Source of the DNA: Octopus vulgaris
Taxonomy: Eukaryota
Length of the DNA: 64,000 nt
Direction: 5' to 3'
Assembly: GCA_951406725.2 (NCBI GenBank)
Contig: OX597816.1
Location: 8,246,001-8,310,000 of the forward strand
Position 1 is the stretch's first letter; each line of letters starts with the position of its first letter. Of this stretch, positions 56,270 through 64,000 are shown one piece after another. A program made the position numbers and the translations under genes. The notes under the pieces are model-generated. The model saw only the letters and a program-made list of their open reading frames with translations, did no database searches and had not been told where the DNA came from.

Positions 56270-58330
56270 AGATAAACATAGTCCCTGATATCGTGACCAT
56301 TTATAATGCATGAATTAAGTAGTTTCGTTCTCTCTCTAAGAACCCAAGTTCAGCCATACTTTGCTCCAGACTGGTTGGTACGTATCCTGTTGTTCCAATA
56401 ATAATAGGTATGAAACTGAAAACCTATCTTGGGTACTAGATTTGAAAACTTCTTATCTATGATACGTAGATATCCTCTTTCTCTTGTATTTTTCTGGCCA
56501 CATTGATGTCTAGAAACCTGCATTTGTCGTCTGTCAAAATTTTCAACCTTTTATGCAGTACTTGGTACTTGGTAGCGATCTTTTGTTCTGGAATTGCATG
56601 CAAGCAGCATGAAGTGTAATGAAGTGTAATGTCATAAACTTGTCATACTTTTGACATGACCAATTCCTTCTATGGTTTGTGTTTTTCGTGCCAAGTACCC
56701 ATATGCTATCTTCTTGGTGAATTCGTCCATTTTTTGCATATTTTGCTCTTTTGATAAATATATTTTACCAATGTCCCTTGGGGAGAGATTTGTATCACTT
56801 CTTCTTTCTCCTCAAGTTCATTTGCCATCCTATTTATGTTGATTTCTTGGTGAAATAAAAAAGAAGAAAAACCGGGCAAGATAGGAACTGACTTCTTTCC
56901 TTTGCTGCAGATATTGTTTCGGTGTCACAATACGTTCTTCATATGATATCAAAACAGATTTGAAACCACAGCCACTAACCTCGAGTTGGATGTATAGCTT
57001 GTCTACATTCCCATTGATGTTGAAGTTTCCTGTAACATTGAACAGCTTGCCAGTTCGAACATCTAACTCACTGAGTTTTTTATAGCGACCAGTTCAGAAG
57101 GTCAAACGTAGAGGACAGGCACTGCAAAGGCGTTGTGGTTAATATGCTTTTTGTAAGCTGAGAGTTCTGAGGATCATATTCTCATTACTCTCTTTACTAT
57201 GTATGTCTTTTTCTGTTTTTTTATTGGTGTTCTCCTTGGAAGAAAGGAGCTGGTTTATAACAAACAAAAGCTTCATCGTTCGAGTCTGGATAACAACGAG
57301 GATAATTGCTAAATATCGAATGCGCTGCATATTTTTAATGTTCCTCTTACTGATTGTAACTGGGAAGATCGTGTTACCTGGTCTCTTTCTTTGCTTGAAA
57401 GTCTTAGCTTCTCCAGATTGCGATTTAGTCATTTGCTAACATAACCGAGTGTGCCAATGATTACTGGTAAGAATGATGTAAATTTTAGGGCAGTTGGAGC
57501 TTTCGCAATTGTTGTCCATAAAGAATCTTTTATATATGTATGCATGTATATCGTCTCCTACTTTTAATCATTTGAAATCTTCCTGTATAAAAGGAGCTGG
57601 TTTCTAACAAAGATACAAATTTCCTTCGCTGGAATATAGAAAATAAAAACAAATTCACATCTTAAATTTTTAGAAAAGTTATGCACATTTGTGCTGCTCC
57701 CCTTGTGTTTGTAATGTGCATGTTAACGGGTTGATTTCTTTTGTGAAAACTCCAACTTTTCCAGATTGTCACTCAGGCATTTACTCATAGGGCTAAGTGC
57801 ACCAGTGATTACTGTTACAAATGTGACTTTATAATCTTCATATAGAAGCTGGAGATTTTGAAGCAGTTGTCTACAATTATACTTTTTTTTCTCTTTGATT
57901 TTTCGAACAGATATCTACATCATTAAGGCAACTGACCTCTGAATGTATAAACTTTATTTGTCTGTCCCAAGCAATAATGCCTGCCTGTTAATTTTGCACT
58001 TGGTAGGCGTTTATACGAGAATGTTCCACCAATATTACTTGTGTTAATATTTGTGTATGTATTCAAAAACAGGGGATCTCCATATTTATCCTAGGACAGT
58101 TTTTTTTCGGCTTTATATTTTGTTTTAACAACAACGTCTTGTCACATAGGTAAGTAGTACCTTGATGAGATTTGGGGGGCAGCTGATAAGCGCGTGTGAT
58201 ATCTTCCACATAAACTTGGCATAATCTGCATTTTCGGTTGCATCTTGGAGTTCCAATGGCGTCACTGTCTTATTTGTTTAAAAGATATTTCGTAACAATC
58301 TCTCGTTGTTGGATTGCAAATACATAGCTT
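56270..58330 (-). mobile_element. Two degraded RLE-type (R4/Dong-like) LINE fragments
   Basis: Broken frames FSFIPIIIGTTGYVP (~56400) and QLLQNLQLLYEDYKVTFVTVITGAL (~57800-57870), plus a CRLCQVYVEDITR zinc-knuckle-like segment (~58200). Confidence 0.6.
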
Positions 58331-58439
58331 TCGAAGTATGATATGATATAGCGGCCACGAGTCCAAAGGAGGCAGTACATCATACCGATATTACTGTCGC
58401 CTTCAAGTTGTGTGTGTGTGTGTGTTTGAGTTAGGCTAG

Positions 58440-60095
58440 GTATGGGGACATGCACCGTAGCAGTGCGTCGCTGCATACAACATTTGTCGGTATTTGCTCG
58501 GGTCGTCCCGAGCAACCCTCCGAACAGCGTCTCAGTTAGTACCGCATCATCAGCAAAATTCAGGTCAGTAATCTTAGTTTCAGCAATGAGCACTCTACAA
58601 CTCGATCGAGCCACCATCCGGCCAAGTAACCAACCCATGCAGATATTCAACAGAGTGGGAGCAAAATACAACCCTAGCGGACCCCAAATCAAACCGGGGA
58701 AAAAAGTCAACTGCTGAGCCCCCAATCGGAACTGCGCTCACACTTCCCGTATACAAGGTCACTATCAGCCCAATACTTCCTCATCAGTCGTGACCATGTA
58801 GCATGTGGTCGAATAATACGAGGCCGCCATCTCATCCAGATTCTAAGAGAAAAGAACACGATATGCAGGGTCCAACTCAGAAAATCGAGCAACATGACCG
58901 TCGCTCCCGTTCCATACAGGTAACAAAACGCATCCCACTTTCTGAGTAGGGTTGTTGGCCGGATACAAAATCCGGCCAACGGTAACCCATGATCCTGCGA
59001 AGTATCCTGGTACCAAAGGAGTTCAGGTGGTTGCTAAGGGCCCTGGACAGTGTCCAAATCTTGCAACTGCAGAGAAAGACAGAGAGGACCAAAGGTCTGA
59101 AGACCCCCAACCTTTGTACTCCTGTAAAAATATCGACAGCACTAAACACACTTGTCCAGTGAGTCAACAACTGTACCAGCTGGTCCAAGTCTTTTTAAGA
59201 TTTGGAGCTTGCAGCTAATGCCACTATGAATCTCATTGCCGAGATAAGTGAAGCGGCCAACAAACTGCACATTCTCGCCCTCAACAGGAAAGACTGGATC
59301 TTTGTCTCGACTCAAGAGACTCTGAGGCCAAGTAGTTCCGCTTCCTCACTTTGTGAAAGAATACTCCTCAAAACATTCATAGACTCAGCAAAAATAACTG
59401 TCATCAGCAAAATCTAGGTTTGTAATCCTAGTTTCACCAACGAGTGCACCACAACTCGATCTAGCCACAATTCGGCCAAGTAACCGATCCATGCAGGCAT
59501 CGAACAGAGTTGGAGTTAACACACAACCCTGACGGACTTCAGATCCCACTGGGAAAAAGTCAGATGTTGAGTCTTCAATCCGACCTGTGCTCACTCTTCC
59601 AGTATCAGCCCAATCAGTCAGGAAAAGGTACTTCGCAGCTCCAGAATCGTCCAGAGCACATCCTTGTCCATTGAGTCAAACACTTTATGGAGGTTGGCAT
59701 AAGCTGCAAACAGCTCCTACCGCAAACTTCGCCTCCGATTGATGCATATCCGTGGAACCAGAATCCTGTCTGTAGTTAACTTCTTTAGTTTAAATCCCGA
59801 CTGCTTCGGTCGCTAAGGGACAAGCAAATAATTTCGCACGGTGTTTAGAATAACACTGGACAAAAACCTTGCTGGACACGGGGAGGAGTGTGACGGTTCT
59901 TTATTTGAGGAAGTCTTGGCGCTCGCTTTTACCTTTCCAGAGAGGGATAATTGTGCCCTTCTTCCAGGCAGGTGCTACGATGTCATTGCTCCAAACGGAG
60001 CAGAGGATCTGCCACAAGGACAAGATTTCAGCAGGCCCCCTTTCTTGATTATCTCCCCTTAGATTCCACAAACACCAGCTGCCTTTCTTCCACTA
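58440..60095 (-). mobile_element. Degraded RTE-like LINE RT with diverged internal duplicate
   Basis: GSEVRQGCVLTPTLFDACMDRLLGRIVARSSC...LDFADD (59385-59594) and a paralogous APTLLNICMGWLLGRMVARSSC...LNFADD (58540-58700). Confidence 0.75.
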
Positions 60096-60157
60096 CAACT
60101 GATTTACCGTAGACGAGGAGGAGGAATGTGTGTGTGTGTGTGTGTGTGTGTGTATCA

Positions 60158-60313
60158 GGCATGGCTGTGTGGTAAGAAGCTTGCTTCCTAACCACGTGGT
60201 TCCAGGTTCAGTCCCACTGCTTGGCACCTTGGGCAAATGTCTTCTCCTATAGCCTCGAACCGACCAAAGCCTTGTGAGTGGATTTGGTAGACGGAAACTG
60301 AAAGAAGCTCGTC

Positions 60314-60377
<64 letters not shown>

Positions 60378-60596
60378 GTGTGTGTCTTTGAGTCTGTGTT
60401 TGTCCATCCCCCATATCCGTTTGATAACCGGTTTTGATGTGTTTACGTCACCGTAACTTAGCGGTTCGGCAAAAGAGACCCATGGAATAAGTACTAGACT
60501 TAAAAATAATAAGTCCTGAGGTTGAATTGTCCGACTAAAATCCTTCAAGCGGTGCTCCAGCATGGCCGCAGTCAAAAGACTGAAACAAGTAAAAGA
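60158..60596 (+). mobile_element. SINE family A; another at 61452-61826(-)
   Basis: Family A sequence. Confidence 0.88.
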
Positions 60597-60604
60597 ATAT
60601 TCCT

Positions 60605-61180
60605 TTGTATGGCCACATTCCACTTTTCTCCTCCTTTGTACGGCCACACCTCGAATACTGCTGCCCCTTGTGGTCTCCCCATACAAAACAAAACACTTCG
60701 AGGATTGAATCACCCCAGAGGACACTCACTCACTAAACGAAGAGAAGGCAAGACCGATTACTGGGACCGTCTTAAAGCCTTGAAACTCTACTCTCTCCAG
60801 CGCCGCCACGAGCGGTACATCATTTGTACATCATTGCCCAAAAGACCTGAACATTAGTTTCAAGGTTCATCCAAGGCTGGGACCATGGGCTATACGTTCC
60901 CTGCCCAATTCAGGATCACAATATATAGGTTCATTGCGACATAATTTATTTTCCTCAACAGGCCCTGCCCTGTTTAACATTGTCCCAAAACTGATTATAG
61001 AGGAAAAGGATCCCATCACCTTTAAACAGAGTCTGGACAGATTTCTTCAAGGAATACCCGATAAGCCACCCATACCTGGATACAACTCACTACTTGAATG
61101 GACCTTAAACAAAACTTGACTTAAACAGGATATAGATAATCCTATCAGGTGGTGCTATTAAGTTAGACATGGCCTGGTCC
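60605..61180 (+). mobile_element. CR1-group LINE 3' fragment
   Basis: VRPHLEYCCPLWSPH...DYWDRLKALKLYSLQRRHERY...FKQSLDRFLQGIPDKP. Confidence 0.82.
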
Positions 61181-61305
61181 CTTGAAATCTAAGCTGTTGC
61201 AATACTGGACCCTTATCTGGGATGAAGAAGACGGTATCTTTGGTAATATGCAATGCTGTCCAGCTTAGTGGTTAGTATAGCTTTTAATTCCAAAGTTAGG
61301 AACTC

Positions 61306-61345
<40 letters not shown>

Positions 61346-61828
61346 ATAATTAAGATTCAATTGAATTCGGTACTTAAACTGAAGCACCTTGCCACTTCGG
61401 TTTAGTCCGGACAGCTCCAAGTTAGGTGAACAGAATGTACACCTGCACATCCTTGTTTCAGTCATTTTGGCTGTGGCCATGTTGAAGCACCGCCTTTAGT
61501 CGAGCTAATCGACTCCAGGACTTATTCTTTGTAAGCCTAGTACTTATTCTATCGGGCTCTTTTGCCGAACCGCTACGCTACGGGGACGTAAACACACCAG
61601 CATCGGTTGTCAAGCGATGTTGGGGGGGGGGGACAAACACAGACACATACATATACACATATATATGACGGGTTTCTTTCAGTTTCCGTCTACCAAATCC
61701 ACTCACAAGGCTTTGGTCGGCCCGAGGCTATAGTAGAAGACACTTGCCCAAGGTGCCACGCAGTGGGACTGAACCCGGAACAATGTGGTTGGTAAGCAAC
61801 CTACTTACCACACAGCCACTCCTGCATC

Positions 61829-61882
<54 letters not shown>

Positions 61883-62301
61883 ACACACACACAGTATGTG
61901 TGTGTCTGTCTGTGTGCGTGTGTGCATGTATGAATGCATGTATGTATATATGTGTGTTTCTGTTTGCCTCCACCACCACTTTTCAACCGGTGTTGGTTTG
62001 TTTAAATCCACATGATTTCGCGGTGTGGCAAAGAGGACCGAAAGAGTAAATAACAGGCTTAAAATAAAGAACTAGTGTCCATTCCATCGATTGGACCCTT
62101 GGAGGCAGTGCTCCAGCATGGCCGCAGTCCAATAACTGAAACAAGAGTCAAAAAGCATATTTATAATATGCGTATGTGTGTTAGTGTACATACACTCACA
62201 CACATACTATATATATATATATAATTATAAATACAGAGAGAGGGGGGGGCTTCAATATTATATGTACATATGTCTTATGTATATATGCATATATAGGTAG
62301 G

Positions 62302-62476
<175 letters not shown>

Positions 62477-62483
62477 GTAAATA

Positions 62484-63573
62484 TGTTTCTTTATTAGCCA
62501 CACAGGGCTGCACACAGATAGAACAAATTACAAGGTAGAGCTTTTCTTTTGAAGGTTTAAAAAAAAAAAAAAAAAAAAGGATGGGGGAGTTTCGATCAAA
62601 AGGGATCGTAAAAGGAGAGAAAGAGGACAAAAAAAGGGGGGTTAAAAAAAGGGGGAGAGGAAAAAAAAATTGATCAATAGGGATCGTTATCACAGAAATG
62701 TCAATATGAAGTGTAAAGGGGAGGACAGGTGAGGTTTACCCGTGGAAAGAAAAGCCTACGGAAAAGACCACGGTAACCTCGGTCAATGAAGTCACATTTT
62801 ATATTTCTTTTTTTTTTTTTTTTGCAAATAAGCAACTCTCTGTTTTCGATTTCTGGGTTCATAGGACTATGCTCAAGGTGGCTTCGTCATTCATACGTGC
62901 CATTCTTGCTACATTCACCCATCTTTTTTAAAACATTCGCTAGACAAAACTTGCCTCTCTACTCTCACTTTCCTTTTCAAGTGGTACTTGAAGAAGTTGA
63001 TGAGAGATTGACCAGAGAGGAAAGTGTTTGTCTCCAATCCTTTCAGACGCGTCCACCAGATACATTCTTTCGCCATAGCCACAAGGATGATGAAAATAGC
63101 TCTTCCTTCCCGTTTGAAGGAAGGAGGCGTGACAATATTGACGATAGACTCAGCTGATAAACCGACTCGTCCCACACGTGACAGCAGTTGTTCGACATAA
63201 GCCCACAGGTCGGAAATTGTTGGACACTGAACGAGTGCGTGCAGAACGGTTTCGTCGCTCTGACCGCATCTCGGGCAGGTCGGCCCCGTGTTTCTCGAGC
63301 CGTGTCTGTAGAGCTTATCCCGAACGGGTAGCGCTTCTCGGTAGCACTGCCAGGCCAGGGATCTCTGGAAGTTGTCCATGGGCCCTGGCCCGAAAGTCGT
63401 CCTGAACAGGCGGGTCAGGTACTCCTCGTCGACGTCCAGGTTCGCCCCGAGCTCGTCGTCGTAACTCCCCTCCACTAAACCCCTATAGAATGCTTTGGTT
63501 GTGTTGAAGTCACTTAAGGTCGACCCAGGACGGCAGAGTTGCTTGAGAGCAACGCGACACTCGCGGTGCCATT
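62484..63573 (-). mobile_element. 5'-truncated Tx1/L1-clade LINE with 10-bp TSD inside (GATA)n
   Basis: Open frame RSLAWQCYREALPVRDKLYRHG...CPRCGQSDETVLHALVQC (zf-RVT/CCHC); TSD TAGGTAAATA at 62474-83 and 63574-83. Confidence 0.85.
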
Positions 63574-63580
63574 TAGGTAA

Positions 63581-63628
<48 letters not shown>

Positions 63629-63632
63629 GTAA

Positions 63633-63688
<56 letters not shown>

Positions 63689-63696
63689 GTAGGTAA

Positions 63697-63755
<59 letters not shown>

Positions 63756-64000
63756 CCATAAACGCACACGTACTTAGAGATGCATATATATAAATATATA
63801 TATATATACATATATTATATTCGTACTTATACCTTTCTCTATATATTTAAATATAATATATATACGTGTGTATGTGTATATATATATATATGTGTGTGTG
63901 TATATATGTATGTATGTATATACACACATACATGCACACACACAGACGCACACATATATGTATGAATGTATGTATGTATTTTTATGTATGTATATGTGTG

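Overview
AT-rich eukaryotic DNA dense in microsatellites ((TA)n, (CA)n, (GATA)n, (AAT)n) and made almost entirely of nested transposable-element remnants. The repeat landscape suggests an octopus or other cephalopod genome (inference). I found no convincing host protein-coding gene; nearly all track ORFs are microsatellite translations or TE fragments. Identified elements are four or five tRNA-derived SINE families; RTE, CR1-like, Tx1/L1-like and R4/Dong-like LINE fragments; Tc1/mariner, hAT, Helitron and Helentron-type DNA elements; two LTR-retrotransposon remnants; and a ~5-kb tandem duplication. The most notable signal is six type I hammerhead ribozyme (HHR) motifs from four distinct repeat families within the first 17.5 kb. 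Two diverged ~357-360-bp units occur as slightly more than one tandem unit and share colinear, covarying hairpins (retrozyme/circRNA-like). A tRNA-headed SINE carries an HHR near its 3' end. An inverted pair of complete HHRs brackets a ~2.2-kb low-complexity insert. Two SINE-LINE 3'-tail partnerships and many short templated inversions are also visible. All motifs were read by eye; nothing was run through alignment or folding software.
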